Assembly (NCBI GenBank): GCA_951406725.2 | Contig: OX597825.1 | Coordinates: forward strand, 4,340,001 to 4,404,000 | Reading direction: 5' to 3' | Length of the DNA: 64,000 nucleotides | DNA from: Octopus vulgaris | Lineage: Eukaryota | In this document: piece after piece, positions 28,833-43,716 of the stretch | Position numbering within the stretch: the stretch's first letter is position 1 | Layout: each line of letters starts with the position of its first letter | Notes under the pieces: generated by a model | Database searches by the model: none | What the model was told of the DNA's origin: nothing | Seen by the model: only the letters and a program-made list of their open reading frames with translations | Program-made: the position numbers and the translations under genes

Positions 28833-30520
28833 AGATGCGAGCTGACAGGAGCGTTACCATGTCGGGCAAAATACTTAATGTTATTTATTTTGGTTTTATA
28901 TTCTGAATTCAAATGCTACCGGGTGGGTTTTGTCTTTCATCGATAAAATAAATACCTGTTGCACCCTAAGGTCAATGAAATTGACTTGCCCACCTTTTCT
29001 CAAACTGCTGGCCTTGGGCCAAAAGTTGAAATTCATTTTATAAACCTTGGAAAGTGTGACGAGTTGTAAGAATCATTGCCTTTCTGGGAAAAATTACTTA
29101 CCGGCATTTCGTCCTTCTTGGCATTCTCCGTTCAATTCTGGAGAGAGACTTCATATTTCAACTTTCTGTGGTTGATAAATTAAGTACCAGTCACGTCTAG
29201 AGGTCGGTTCTTTTCGACTAACGCACACCAAAAATTTCGGATGCGTGACAGAGATAGAAAGATTATTATAATGCCTTTGCCAATGACAGCGCTGCAAGAT
29301 TAATTTCACATGCCAGACAAAATACTTAGTGACATTTCGCAAAGTTTTGATTTCTAATTTCACGAATGTTTACTTAACCTTTCATCAGTTGGAGATCGAT
29401 AAACAAAGTACCAAGTGAATACGGTTGTTGATATAATCGACTGTACCCCTCGCCCTCATTTTTAGACTACCATGTCTATATTAGAAAGAGTTATTACATC
29501 TTTGCTAATCGTAGTGTTTTGCGGAATCGGTGGAAAACATATCACTTTGCAGCATTGGTTCTGAGTCTTTTCGTTTTGTGTTCTAATCCTGCGGATGTCA
29601 ATATTCGCTTGCCTATTTTCGGGGTCGATTAAAGTAAAATACCAATGAAGTATTCTTGTTATGATATCGACTGAACCTCTTCATTGAAATATGCTTCACT
29701 TGTTTGTTAATTACAAACATTTATTATACATTTTCCGAAAGCAATGAACTGGAAGACGCGTTGGAGCATCGGAAAAATGTCTTGAGATATTGGTTCCGGT
29801 TCTTTACTTACTTTGTTGAAATGGCACCGCGGTCAAATTTTGGCTTTCATCTATTCAGGATAGAGAAAATAATGTAGCAATGAAGAATTATAGGTCATGT
29901 GCTTCAATCAGTAACTTTATTACAATTATTCCAAAGTCAGTGGATTGGGAGAAACATGAGAGGATGGAACCAATCGCTTTGTCTGGGTGGTTACGATCTC
30001 AGTTCAAATCTCACTGTGGACAGCTACAATTTACATTTTTCGGATCGATAAAATAAATGGTAACTTCAAACATAATCGAACTGCCTGTAACCTCAGTCCC
30101 TACCCTTGTACTTCCATTCGAAATAATGGTTTCAAATATTGGCAGAAGGCCAGAAATGTCGGCATGGGGACTAAATCGATTACAACTCCAGCACTCAACT
30201 CATACTTACGTCATCGACCCCAAACGGATGACAGCTAAAGTCAACCTCGGCTGAATTTCAACTCAGATCGTGAAGACGAACGAAATGCCGCTCTTCACTT
30301 TGCCCTGGCGCATGGATTTGCTTAGAAATAATGTTACAATTATTGCAAGCATCTGATAAAATACCTTGTGATATTTCTTCCGGATTCCGACATTCTGAGT
30401 TCAAATAAAGGTGAGGCCAAATTTGCATGTCGACCCTCCGATTCTGTAAAATGAAGCAGCAGCCTATTGGTCGATATTCTCCACCAACTCATCATAACTT
30501 CCTACGAAGAAGAGTTAATT
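28833..30520 (+). repeat. Array of about 8 decayed SINE family A copies (six head-to-tail, one inverted, one direct)
   Basis: Recurrent decayed B-box (e.g. GAATTCAAAT, GTTCAATTC, GTTCTAATCC, GTTCAAATC) and GATAAA..AGTACCA motifs. Units start at about 28835, 29055, 29283, 29510, 29740 and 29935. Minus copy at about 30128-30310, direct copy at about 30340-30520. Confidence 0.75.
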
Positions 30521-33253
30521 TCGAATTATATATGTGACGTCAATTAATCCCATTATTAAAGTGCCACATGCAACTTCCTTCATTAGCGATATTAATGAGT
30601 TTGCTGATTAAATGGATCATGTAAGCACACTCACCTCGTCAGCGGATTGCAGATTGCTAAATGAAGATTAATCTAAGTCTTTTCAACAAGTTCATCACAT
30701 GATGAGAAGCTAAAAAAATATGCTAGAGCAGTTGTGGCATGTGAGCTACATTACACGAGATATGAATGAAATTACTTCATTGTATGAAATCAACAAGCTG
30801 CTAGTGATTTCTCTGAAAAACATATTTAGTACAACTTGAAAACATATTATGTGCTAGATTATATGAGTTATAAATGTAGTTAATCCATCGTATAAAATCA
30901 ACAATGTGTTAGTGTTTTCGTTGAAAAAGATTTTTACTACATTTTGCAAAGCACTTCTTTTATATTGAAAATAAATATACACGGTAAGTATGGCTTTAAA
31001 ATTGCGCTGCGAAAATACTGAATTTATTATTAAAACATTTGAAAAATTAAAATTGAAATTCGGATTATTATATACCCTTTACCTACCTTTTATTTCTTTC
31101 AGTCAATGAATTGTAGTCATACTAGAGCTCTATTTTGAAGGATTTTATTGAACACATAGGTCCTAGGTGTTATTTTGTTTATATGATACTGGTACTCATT
31201 ATATCAGCTGTTTTGCCGACCACTAAGTTACGTGGGTATAAACAAACCAACGCTGATCGCCGATGGAGGGCGGGGGAACAAGCTGAAAGAATTGGTACTC
31301 CGTCGGTTACGACAAATAAAGGTTCCTGTTGATCCGATTCACAGCACAGCCTGCTCGTGATATCAACTTGTAAATGGCTGCGCACCTTACAGATAAGCAT
31401 ACACTTCATGTTGTTCCCAAATAGATTCAGCGTGACACAATGTGTAACAAGGCAGCCTCTTTGAAATACAGCTACAATTCATTTCTGCTGTCTGGGTGGA
31501 CTGGAGTAACAAGAAATAGAGTTCAATTATAAAGCGGGCAGCTTGGAATCGAACGCAGTACCTTACGAACGTGAGTTCGATTTCCGACGATGCGTTTTGT
31601 CCTTGCGCAAGTCACTTCATTTCACGTTGCTCCAGTATTTAAAATTCTACTCAAAAGTGCGTCTCGGCCGGAATTCAATTAAAAAGCTGCAGAATGAAAT
31701 GCTGGGCTGTGAGATCGATCTCTAACCAACGTTCGTACGGTGTTTTACATGAGAGTGCCGTTTTTGTACCTAGCTGATCAAAGCCTCGCACCATATGTAC
31801 ATACACATTGCTTGAAATGTAAATAATTACAAACTCTCATCTCGTTTTATTGACATTGTTATGGTTCTTAACTATGCAGTATTTTCTGAATGAGAGAAAT
31901 AGAGAAAAATTAAATAAATATTCCCTGTGTGCAGAAATGATAGTGTAAAAGTGAGATTCCAATCAGTGTGAAATTGGCCGTTATCAAAACACTCCTCACA
32001 AGAGATTATAATATAAATTAGACAGACATTAAACTAGCTACTGAAATCTTCCAGACGCAATATAAAATAGACACATTATAATAAATATTATTCTAAACAT
32101 CTCATTGACAAATAAGTATGTATTTGTGCAAACGAGCGCAGCTCTAAATGTTTCCACATCATGCTAGAAATAGCAGCAATAATTCTATAATATAAGTGAA
32201 GCCTTGATTGGGGGTTTGCACTTTAGAAATCTATGGTTTAATTCGTGAGAAATGTGCGATACAAATAAGACAGTATAATGTCACATACAACTGTTTTTAA
32301 AATGGATGATCGTATTGCATGGCATATTCCATGACACCGGGTTACAAAAGCTGATGATATCATCACGAGAGAATCACCATGAAATATTTCATCGAACATG
32401 GCAAGATCGCCTAAACAACACAAGGAGTACAAAAGAAAATACAAGTGCACACATTGAGGGAGATAGAAGATCGGTTAATTTACTGCTTGTATGACTAAGA
32501 AAAGCCAGTATAAAATATGTATCAAAGAGTGATTTAAGCAAAACAACATTTAAATCTAGATAACGTTAACCTTGACAAACATGACATCACTTTCGATTTA
32601 TATAAATGTGTTTGATTATCGCCTTAGCTAATGTGGTAAGTCGGCAGGGTCTGTGATGTGCTGGATATAATATCTCCTAGTTTTTGCTCAAATTTTTTGC
32701 AATCTAAATTCCAATTACATTAATGTCAATTTTTCCTTTCAGAATTCCAGGAATCGATGCAAAGTTTTACTCGAAGGTAGTAGATCTATGGAACTGTTAT
32801 AGCGTTTAGAGACTTTGTGTCCGGTTCTTTGTACGCAGAACGGAAATCAGAATGCATTAGCAACTGAGTCACTTCCCTTCCTATCCCAGAGAAATTGTGG
32901 CACTACTCTCAGGATCTGAGACTGAAGCATATATCAACACAGTTGATCTTAAGAACGATTAATATCGCCATGAATAAAAGATAAGGAATTCAACTTAGAA
33001 TTATTTGAAGCATTGTGTATCTTCTTAAATCATTTATCTTTAATTGTTTCAGTCAATGGGGTGTGGACCTTTGGGTCACTGCTTAGAGGAATTTAATGGA
33101 AAGAATCGAATCCACTACTTATTTTTTAAAGCCACGTACTCACCCTATCAGAATCTTATGCCGACCCGTTAAGTTACGAGACCGTAAACAAACCAACACC
33201 AATTGGACAAACACTAATGCGAAACTCGATCACATGAATACATACACACAGGC

Positions 33254-33296
<43 letters not shown>

Positions 33297-33297
33297 T

Positions 33298-33352
<55 letters not shown>

Positions 33353-33848
33353 CACACACATACATATGCATACATACACACATACACATTCAAATGTTTG
33401 TGTACATTATATGTATAATTTAATAAATAAATATCTTAATATAATTTGGTACAACTTATTAATGTCTCACCACTTCACCTCCAACCGCCTAACCGCCTAC
33501 AACATAAACTATCTCGATAATATAAAATTTAAAGAAAACTCTATTATAAGATACAGTTGCTCTAGAAATTATCTAAAATTCTCCACATCTCCAAGTAAAA
33601 TTCGCACATAAGATTTTCTATTACCGAAACCTTCATACACATAAAGTGTTTACTTGTAAACAAAGAAACTGAAAGAACCCTTTCCTTTATCATTTTTTAA
33701 ACTAAATTATATTTCATTACTTTATTTATTTTTTATAATTTTTTATTTTTCCTTTATTAAATTATATCTTGTTTCAATTTTTATACATAAATTTAGACAC
33801 ACCAAATAAATCTGCTTCACTTTTGCATATATATATATATATATATAT

Positions 33849-34260
33849 AGGCGCAGGAGTGACTGTGTGGTAGGCAGCTTGCTTACTAACCACATGGTTC
33901 CAGGTTCAGGCCCACTGCCTGGCACCTTAGGCAAGTGTCTTCTACTATAGCTTCGGGCACGCCAAAGGCTTATGAGTGAATTTGGTAGACGGAAACGGAA
34001 AGAAGCCCGTCGTGTATATATGTGTGTGTGTCTATGTGTGTGCGTGTATGTGCGTGTGCGCACGCGTGTGTGTATGCGTGTATTTTTGTGCCTGCGTTTG
34101 TCACCCAACATCGCTTGACAATTGATATTGGTATGTTTTTGCCCCGTAAACTAGCGTAAAAAACGATAGAATAATTAGGAGACTTACAAAGATTTATTCG
34201 AGTAAAAGCGGTGCCCCAGCATAGCCGCAGTCGAATGACTGAAAGAAATAAAAGAATAAA
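33849..34260 (+). mobile_element. SINE family B (tRNA-derived head, internal (TG)n), near full length
   Basis: GGCGCAGGAGTGACTGTGTGGTAGG..GGTTCCAGGTTCAGGCCC (A/B-box-like), GGCACCTTAGGCAAGTGTCTTCTACTATAGC core, tail shared with 158-213. Partial copies at about 14485-14620, 31080-31330(-), 33030-33240(-), 44350-44575(-), 45025-45122(-), 47365-47605. Confidence 0.8.
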
Positions 34261-34769
34261 ATAATGTCTACAACAAAATTTGAAGAAATTTTATAAACAA
34301 ACACCAAACAGACTCTGCATCCGCCAAACTTGAACGTTAAAACTTGATTATACAAATCAAATTGCTTAGAGAACAATGAACACCAAGAGAGAAACATAAG
34401 GACATGCAACCTCTCATCAAAGGCTTTTGCAAACATCGAAGCAGAACAGGAATAAATTTGTATACTAAAAAAACCAAAACCATGACATGCCTATAACCCC
34501 AAACATACAAATAAAAAGAAAGAAAACCCTAAATAACGAAAAGTAACGATAGTAGCTTACTAACTATATATATATACTTTCGTGAAAGAGAATGTTGACA
34601 TTGCCAGTTACTAAGGGCTTAAAAAGTACACATGGTGCCTTTGACCTTTATATTGCCAAAGCAAAAGGATTAAATCCAGTAAATAATTTTTTTTTTTTTT
34701 AAATACTGTTAAGCAATATGCCTAAAACAGAAGCCCCTACATGTATGAAGAAATTCTAAAGAGTAAAGG

Positions 34770-35030
34770 GCCCATTCGGTCATGAATGTCCGTGGGAGTG
34801 TAGCTAGAAAGTTAGACAAGGCAAGGTTGTTTATGGAAGACCGGCATTCACCCATGCGTAACAGTTTCCCCTCTCCTCGACACTGATGTTATCCAAAGAA
34901 TAAGTCAAAGGCCGATACAGCTTGGCACCAGTGACGTGGCAACTCATTTATGCGGCTGAGTGAACTGCAGTAACATGAAATAAAATATCTTGCTCAATAA
35001 TACAACTCACAGCCCGGTCCGGGAAGCAAA
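34770..35030 (-). mobile_element. SINE family C fragment with RTE-like tail
   Basis: The minus strand ends ..TTCATGACCGAATGGG. The GGCTGAGTGAACTGCAGTAACATGAAATAAAAT block recurs at about 31490-31520. Confidence 0.5.
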
Positions 35031-35039
35031 ATGTTTTTC

Positions 35040-35550
35040 CTACGAGAGAATACCGGACCCCAGTAACGAACTCCTTTGCATACCGCCAATCAGAGCTCAC
35101 CTTGTCCTTGTTCTCAGGTAAACAAACACGCTCTACGAAATAACCTCATGACGAAGAACGGTGTTGTAAGTCGAAGACACCTATAATGGAAGACCAAATC
35201 GATGTGGAAATAGTAGAAGACCTTCACTCTTCCTCCATGAAATGTAGAATATTTACGAGAGGTCGTTACTGAAGGAAGACCGGCCAAATAACCATGCTGG
35301 AGCAGCAAATAGAAGACTCCAAACAGAGCTGGGACTGGAGCACCCCACAATTTGGAGAGTCATAAATGGACTACATAAGGGGCAAAGAAACGGAGGGGCA
35401 TTTGTTGAGCCACTGATTGGCAGTCATCCTCCTCACGCTAAACTGAAGAACTATGTGAAGGCAGATGATAGAATTCTGCATATTGTTTCTTCTTTTGCAG
35501 AACGATCTCCCACAAAATATTAGAAGGGATTTGCATACACCTTTCAGTAA
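35040..35550 (+). mobile_element. MULE (Mutator-like) transposase remnant, C-terminal part
   Basis: VEDTYNGRPNRCGNSRRPSLFLHEM*NIYERSLLKEDRPNNHAGAANRRLQTELGLEHPTIWRVINGLHKGQ matches the animal MULE pattern FE.TY.G..P.FP..W...RTNN..E...HP.IW.FI..L..Q. Confidence 0.75.
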
Positions 35551-35784
35551 ATTTCGCATTTAAATTTTAGCCTTAAATCATATATAAATAGTTTCTCAAT
35601 TATTTTTGTTCGAACATTAAATCTTATGTCATGTATTGAATTAATATTTTATACATACCTCATAATGTTATAAAACGAATAAAGAAATACAACAAATAAA
35701 TGATTTATTAATCAATTTTCTTGGTGATGAGTTTTCTTAGTGTTGAGTCAGCTGTGCTAAGTTGGCGGTGTTGAGTTCTCCTGC

Positions 35785-35879
<95 letters not shown>

Positions 35880-36759
35880 AAAGAGAAAGAAGAAGAGAGA
35901 GAAATAGTAATACTTATAAATGAATATAACACTTCTACACACACACACACATATATGTGTGTGTGTGTGTATTTATGCATGTGTGTATGTATGCATGTGT
36001 GTATGTAATATCGGAAATGTTCGTACTGCTATAGATATGGCCCTGCGAACAACAGATACGAAGGAACTGCTTGTATTCGTATGCGCAAATACGCGTGGTA
36101 TAATTTCACAAACACTCCTGTATCTTTCTTCACACACTTTACCCGTCTCATCTCACACGCGTAACATATAAATGAATTCAACTGGAACTCACATATATAT
36201 GGTACATACATATATTCCTTCAGTGAATTTTCGATACAATCCTTCATTTATAAATGTCAGGTTAAACCTTCTGCTATTTAGCCTTTTAATAAATTTGATG
36301 TCAAGTCACGCGTAAGTTTTAACGAATTAACTAGCAAGTGAGAAGAAACGAAATAATAGCTTTCCTAAGTTAAGTGTTAATGAAGAATGGACAAAGCTTT
36401 CAGTGTTGAGGAAATGAATACAAGTTATTTGATTCTAAAACGGTTTTCATAAGGGGTTTTTCAAGTACGCCTACTGGAAGAAAAGTAGAGAATTAGCACC
36501 ACTAGGAAAGTTTCTTTGATGTGAGAAGGTTGGTGAAAGAATTCAATTAATTGAACACTATCTTGGGCGACGGAAGGTGCTGATGTTGTGTGGGGAAAAT
36601 ATGAATGAATATAGTGGCTGAAGAAAGTCTCCTGGGGATATGTTAGCGTACATTGATATATATATGTGTGTGTGTGTATGTGTGTGGGAGCGTGGGTATT
36701 TATATATTTATATAAGCAAATACGTAACAAGGATGTGATGTCAAGATATTATTACATTA

Positions 36760-36909
36760 CGGCCGTTTCAGGCGGGTCCATTTAATCGATTAATGCAACT
36801 CTTACAAGTAAAAAATATCACTTTCCTCCCATGCATAAGGAAGGCGGTGTAATTCAAATTGATGTAATGCCTGCATTGATCGATTAAATGAAGCCGCCCC
36901 AAACGGCCG
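36760..36909. mobile_element. 150-bp MITE flanked by TA
   Basis: Inverted arms 36756-36797 and 36872-36913 match at 37/42 nt. Termini are TA|CGGCCGTTT...AAACGGCCG|TA. Confidence 0.75.
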
Positions 36910-37036
36910 TAATACACCAATACCTTGACAACCTTGAAACGTATTTGCTTTTTATTCACCTTAATTCATGCTGTGCGTATAATACTGGACTGACTTGTTG
37001 TCTCAACCTAAGTACCTACTTCAAGTGTATCATAAT

Positions 37037-37073
<37 letters not shown>

Positions 37074-37083
37074 ACATATATAC

Positions 37084-37121
<38 letters not shown>

Positions 37122-37214
37122 GTATATCTGTGTGTGTTTATGTATGTATACATATTTTCACGCGTGTGCATGTTTGCTTTTGATTCTATCAACTACAAAG
37201 TATTGTAGATTTTT

Positions 37215-37495
37215 GTTACGCCTCCATTCATCTTCCAACACGGCCTCAGACTCAACACGGAGGAGTACCTGGAGGACGCATTGATGCCCTGGGTCAAGAG
37301 AGTGGGTGCCGGAAAAAATATGTCTGGCAACAGGAATCTGCACTATGCCACACAAGCAGGAGAACCCAGTCATAGCTGTCAGACGATTTCTCCGACCACA
37401 CCACCACTAACATCTGGCCACTTAACTCTGCAGATTGCGACCCCCTTGATTATTTTATGTGGGGTGCAACTACAGGAGAGACCAGCAAAACAAGG
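37215..37495 (+). mobile_element. DD37D (maT-type) transposase fragment
   Basis: PPFIFQHGLRLNTEEY..LMPWVKRV..YVWQQESALCHTSRRTQS*LSDDFSDHTTTNIWPLNSADCDPLDYFMWG, with 37 residues between the 2nd and 3rd catalytic positions. Confidence 0.85.
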
Positions 37496-37597
37496 CTATT
37501 GACATACATATTACATCAATTATGCATTGATATAAACTGTCCAATAAAGCCAGAAACATATGTACCGCTAAATCCTTTGCATCCTGTTTTTCTCTTG

Positions 37598-37640
<43 letters not shown>

Positions 37641-37649
37641 CATATTGCT

Positions 37650-37825
37650 TTCAAATGTTGGTACAATGCCAGCAATTTGGGGGAATTGGTCAAGTCGATT
37701 ACATCACTCTAATGCTCAACTGGTACTTATTTTATCAACCCGAAACGAAGATGGACGACGTCAGCGGGATTTGAACTCAGAATGTAAAGACGGCTGAAAT
37801 GCCTCTAAGTATGTTGGCCGATTAG
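37650..37825 (-). mobile_element. SINE family A copy
   Basis: GTCGATTACATC..CAACTGGTACTTATTTTATC..GATTTGAACTCAGAATGTAAAGACGG. Confidence 0.8.
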
Positions 37826-38105
37826 CCGACGACCTACTCGTATGTGTGCATATACATTGGTTTATATATGTATATGAATACGTGTATACATGCATATTCT
37901 ATATGTTTGTATGCATCTGTATGAATAGACGTTGATGTGCTTCTGTGTTTACGTATTGTATTCGAACATTTTAAAACAATGCATCTTTTGTGAAAATAAT
38001 CATATATGCATACGTACACACATGCAAACACACACACACTCGCACTCATGCACATATTTACAGTCACTCACTCACGAAGTCATTCACACACACATACACA
38101 GACAT

Positions 38106-38219
<114 letters not shown>

Positions 38220-38403
38220 GTGTGCGTATATTGATGTATGTTTTAATACTTTAGTCTGTTTTCAATATGTTTGTGTGACATATTTCAACTTCCTAAGGCA
38301 AATTCACTGCAGTTCCTTTATTACTGCTCGGCGCTGATGTTGCTACGTGTGTGTGTATGTGTGTGTGGGTGCGCGTGTGCGAGCGTGCGTGTGTGTGAGT
38401 TTG

Positions 38404-38486
<83 letters not shown>

Positions 38487-40074
38487 ATCCCGCCGTATTA
38501 CGCTTACCTCAGGCATTGTAAAATTAATGGTCATCATTGTAAAATTATGTCCATTAATTTCAGGATACGTTCTGTAATTTCGCTCTTACGGAAACTCGTT
38601 TGCATAATTTTAAATAGTTAGCAATATAAAACTTTACTTTTTTTCTGAGCTGAATGGCCACTTCTACACACATATACCCCAATATAAATGATGTGCATAA
38701 TGTGACCATATGTGTATATATATACACACATATGTGTGTGGTGGGTGTATGTATATGAATATGAATGTATGTATATGCGTATGCATGTATGCCTGTGTGC
38801 GTGTTTTATTTTATCGTTAACATGAACATAACCATCGCCAGCAACAGTACTTTGTAGTTTGAAGTAGATAAACAAATTCATTTCAAATAAATACAAGCGA
38901 TGTTGATTTATAATATATTTTAAAAGTCGAGGGAAATGCCTTTGATCTCAGATCTATGGGAATGGATTTGAGATTAAACAGCTGCAACAATACAATTAGC
39001 AAGAACAATATAACCACAACAAAACCAATAATACCCGTGCCCCGTCACTGACATCTTAACTGATGCAACCCACGCCATATTCACTATCAGTCCACCAACC
39101 TTTGACTCCAAATGATTGCAACAGCTACCAGCATCAATCCCAAAATATATGTATGAATGTATGTGATTGTAAGCATATGTGTATGTGCGTGAGCATGTGT
39201 ATGTGCGTGTGTATGTGTGTGTCTGACTAAGTTTGTATTTACGTTTCATGTCAGGGCAACAAGGAGCGAATTATTTATAAAATTATATACGAAAATATAT
39301 AAATAGTGTACGGAAAAAATCCAGCGTACTCTGATGACCTTGGTGATAATGTGAGAGCAGAATATATATTCCCGATATTTTTACAACACATGAATCACGA
39401 TGAATTGGTATTTTCAATGCGTATTATATGGGAAGATGCAAGCAAATTACGAAAGCAATTAAAAGAGAAGATAAACCTAGAATGAGACATTTCTATGTGG
39501 GTGGGTGTGTAGGTATATATATATATATATGTATATATTTACACACACACACACACATATATATATGTATATATATAGATATATATTTGTATATGTATAT
39601 ATATATATATATATATACATACATACACATATATATATATTGATAAAGACAGTAAGGCAACAAAAGAAAGAAAGAGACCTCGATATTATGTAAATAGAGG
39701 AATTTATCTGTAAATGCAATATGTGACAATATTTCGGAAGCCCTGATAAAACTCCGAGTTTCAGATGGGGTGGAAATCCATACCGCCATCTCCTTTTTGT
39801 GAATAAGGAGTCTACGACTTGTTTTTTTTTCTAGCAATGTTGGTGCTCGCAGCACATATGTCACTCTAAATGTCGCTGAATTATTTCCTTGTTGGTTTTA
39901 AAGTGTTGTAAGCCATCTTCATTATACACATATGTATGTGCGCGTGAGTGTCTGTGTGTGACTGTGTATGTTTGTGTGTGTCTTTTGTGAATATATATGT
40001 ATGGTCGTGTGTGTATGTGTAAATATGCAGATATGTATGTTTATCTTTATATTTACTAATAAAAGGACTGTATG

Positions 40075-40147
<73 letters not shown>

Positions 40148-41203
40148 ATGTGTGTGTACATGTGTATTTACATGTGCGTATGTGTGTGTGTTTCTGTGTG
40201 TGACTGCGTTGTTATGCGTTCATATATGCGTTTCTTTATATTTACTAACAAAGGCACTATACACACACATACACACACGCACACACGCACGCACACACAC
40301 ACACATACACACACCCACACATATACACTCATGTTTAGCATGGTTATAAATAGTAGCAAATCTCTATTCAGCTCATGCACTTTTGTCGAATAAAATGAAG
40401 AGCAATTAGATTAATAAATTTCCGGAGAGATTAAATAAATATAAAAGACGAGGCGGTCATCAGTAAAACGCTTTTGGTGATAGTTATACTCAATCAAGTT
40501 TAACGTGGTTATAAGCAACAGCAACTACATCATCCACAACAACAACAACAACAAAATGATATTAGGAGATGATATTGAGTTCCAACGTGACCTTGATCTC
40601 AGTCGTTTTCTGCCGTAATTGGATAAGCATAACTAGTCATGCTGATGTGATAACCTCTGGCGTATTATGGCCATTATTCTTCTAATTTTCTGCTTGAATA
40701 ATAACACACACTTCTATTAGCGTGTTAGGGATCAAATTGAACTGATGCAACATTTTAAGATTTCACACATTACTAAGCTTAATAGCTTCTTTTAATTCCT
40801 GTCAAATCGAAAGTGAAACCATTTGAAGTTAGTGCTTTGAATCGGATTGATAAAATTAACAATTGTTACAGGGTGATGATTAGCAAAGGGAATTGTATTT
40901 AGTCTTAGAACGATGAAACTCAATACATTGAATATATTCCCCTAATTTATCTTGGTCGTAAATCATAGAAATGCGTTATTTTTATCAAAATGTCTATCTC
41001 TACTTTATAATTTTACTCTAATTAATAGACGAATACAATTTCGTCAGTCCAAACACAGCTCTACTTCCAATCATATAAGCCAACTAAGTTATATTTAATG
41101 TTATGCTGATTCGCTGATTCCTTCTATCGTTTATTTATTGAGCAAGGGAATATGATTAATCAATCAAGCAATTTGCTATATGAAAGAAGAATATGTATAT
41201 AAG

Positions 41204-41276
<73 letters not shown>

Positions 41277-41334
41277 ATGTGTGTGTATGTGTGCGCGTGT
41301 GTGTGTGTTAGCGCACATATACGTGCATAGATAC

Positions 41335-41385
<51 letters not shown>

Positions 41386-43658
41386 AATGCATACATATAT
41401 ATATATATATATATATGTGTGTGTTCATATTTTTATATACCCATATATGTACGCACGTAGGTGTATGTGAGTCTGTATACTTAAATTTGTGCCATTTTAT
41501 ACACGTATGCATAATCTTATTCACCAATCTGTTTCGGTCGAGTCGTTTTATTTATTCATTTGCTCAATGTGTGTGTGCGGGTACGTGTTTGTGTGTGTTT
41601 GTGTGTGTGTGTGTGTGGTGCACTACAAACACGATAAATAAATCTCAGCAAACACGTATAAGTAATTACTTGTTTTTTTTAATCACACAAACGATGCAAA
41701 GTGACTAAATGAACGAGAGGTTTCTCCATAGCCTATATAGAGATTTGAATGTGTGCGCATATATATATATATGTGTGTGTGTGTGTATGTAAGTATGTAT
41801 GTATATAATATTGTATTATATATTATATATGTATGACTTTATATCTATTTCTATATACATACACACACACACATATATATGCACTTATGTATGTAAGTAT
41901 GTATATATTTAGCATTGTATTATATATATATATATATATATATAACTTTATAATTATATCAATATACATACAAATACACACGTATGCGTGCGCACAGACA
42001 CATGCACACGGGCACACACACACATACACACACCGATACACACACATACGCACAAACACACCCACACACACACATAAATATATACCTAACACTAATTATT
42101 TATTTTTTTAAACGTTAATACATTAATTTTAAAATAACATGCAGTATTTGAAGAAATATAATTTTTAATTTCATATACTTATGTTAAAAGACAGATAAGC
42201 ATCGTATCGTACAACTGAAAGTAAATTTGCTCGTGAGGAATTCCTATTATGCATTATAAGAGCTATAATAATGGTTCGTGCCTGCTGCTATTCGTAGAAT
42301 TCTGGCGTAATTCAGTGGTCCTTCGTTCATTTTGATTTGGATCAGTGATGGGTTAATCTCTCTGAATCTATGTCGTGTTTCGGAGTTTATTTCCTAAAGA
42401 TTCTTCTGTATAATTAATTTGTCTTTCGGCGCTAAGTTAGAGGTAATTCTGTTGACCAGCAGTATATCTTGTAAAAACAATCTGCTACATGACGTCATTG
42501 AGATGTTTTCGTAAACAGACAGTTATAGCTTCAGGAGCATTGGTTCGGCGCCTTCATGGTTTTTATTACATCTGATAGCATCGAGAACATCATCTGCTCT
42601 TTTTTTGTGTGTGTGTGTTAAGGCTTGATATCAAGCGTCACCCTTCACAAACGAGCACTGACGTTGTCTTCCGTAATAGGTATCATCTGTTTTCTAAAAT
42701 ATGCAATGACAGTCCGTTGCTTTTTTATCCCTCGTAAATACGTTTTCTAACTTTACATAAAAAGGATGAATTATCCAAACATTTGCAAGAGTGATTTTGA
42801 AACATCCATTCCTTTAATAAATATCTCGTTCTTGAGTTTTGCAAATTCTAAGTAATAAACAATTATGTTTCTCGTATTTGCTCGTCTTCACACTCGCGTA
42901 AATGTGCACTTTGCATGTGTGTGTGTGTATATGTATGTATATATGAATGTATGCATGTATGTATATGTATATGTGTGTGTGCATATATATGTATATATGT
43001 ATTTATATAAATACAAATGTATACATATATATATATATATATATTGCATGTGTGTATATCATTGTGCGTGTTGGTATCTCATTTCTTATATTAGGCATTA
43101 GACGCAGACACCTCACCTAACCATTCGTCCAACAGCAAACCTCAGGATTTGTCTGGTTTCAGGTGGTTTATAAACACAAAGAAATACACCAAATAATTTC
43201 GTTTAACCTATACTCCAACTGCCCGTCGTAACTTGATTGTTAGTTATAATATTCCCTGTCTCTTTCTCCGTCAAGGCAAGGATATTCGACAGATCTCCTC
43301 TCAATGTGCTTCGTGACGACACTATCTCTTTAGTTACACCGATCTTTCCACGCTTGTTATTATTTACACCACTAACTAACATTGGAATTCAGGCTGTCAA
43401 CCTTCCTCCTACTCGTTCTCTCCAGACTCGTCGGGTGACACATATTTCTCATGTTTTTTTAAGTATGCCGAATGATAATATTTTTGTAAGTTATAATTTA
43501 CGATATATGATTATTCATCGATCTAGATTATCGATCGCAGTAATAATTGTAATGGATAAGACATAAACCAAATACTAACAATTTACTTCCTTTTATTTTC
43601 ACACAGACACAGACACACAGACACATTTGCATTCATACATGCATGCATAAATAAATAA

Positions 43659-43716
<58 letters not shown>

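Noticed and set aside
39720-39770. Minus-strand CTGAAAC..GGAG..TTCC-GAAA-TATTG-TC resembling a hammerhead
   Set aside because: Core lacks G8/A9 and stem I does not pair.
42300-42620. Possible very old Tc1-like relic
   Set aside because: Only vague resemblance. No catalytic motif readable.
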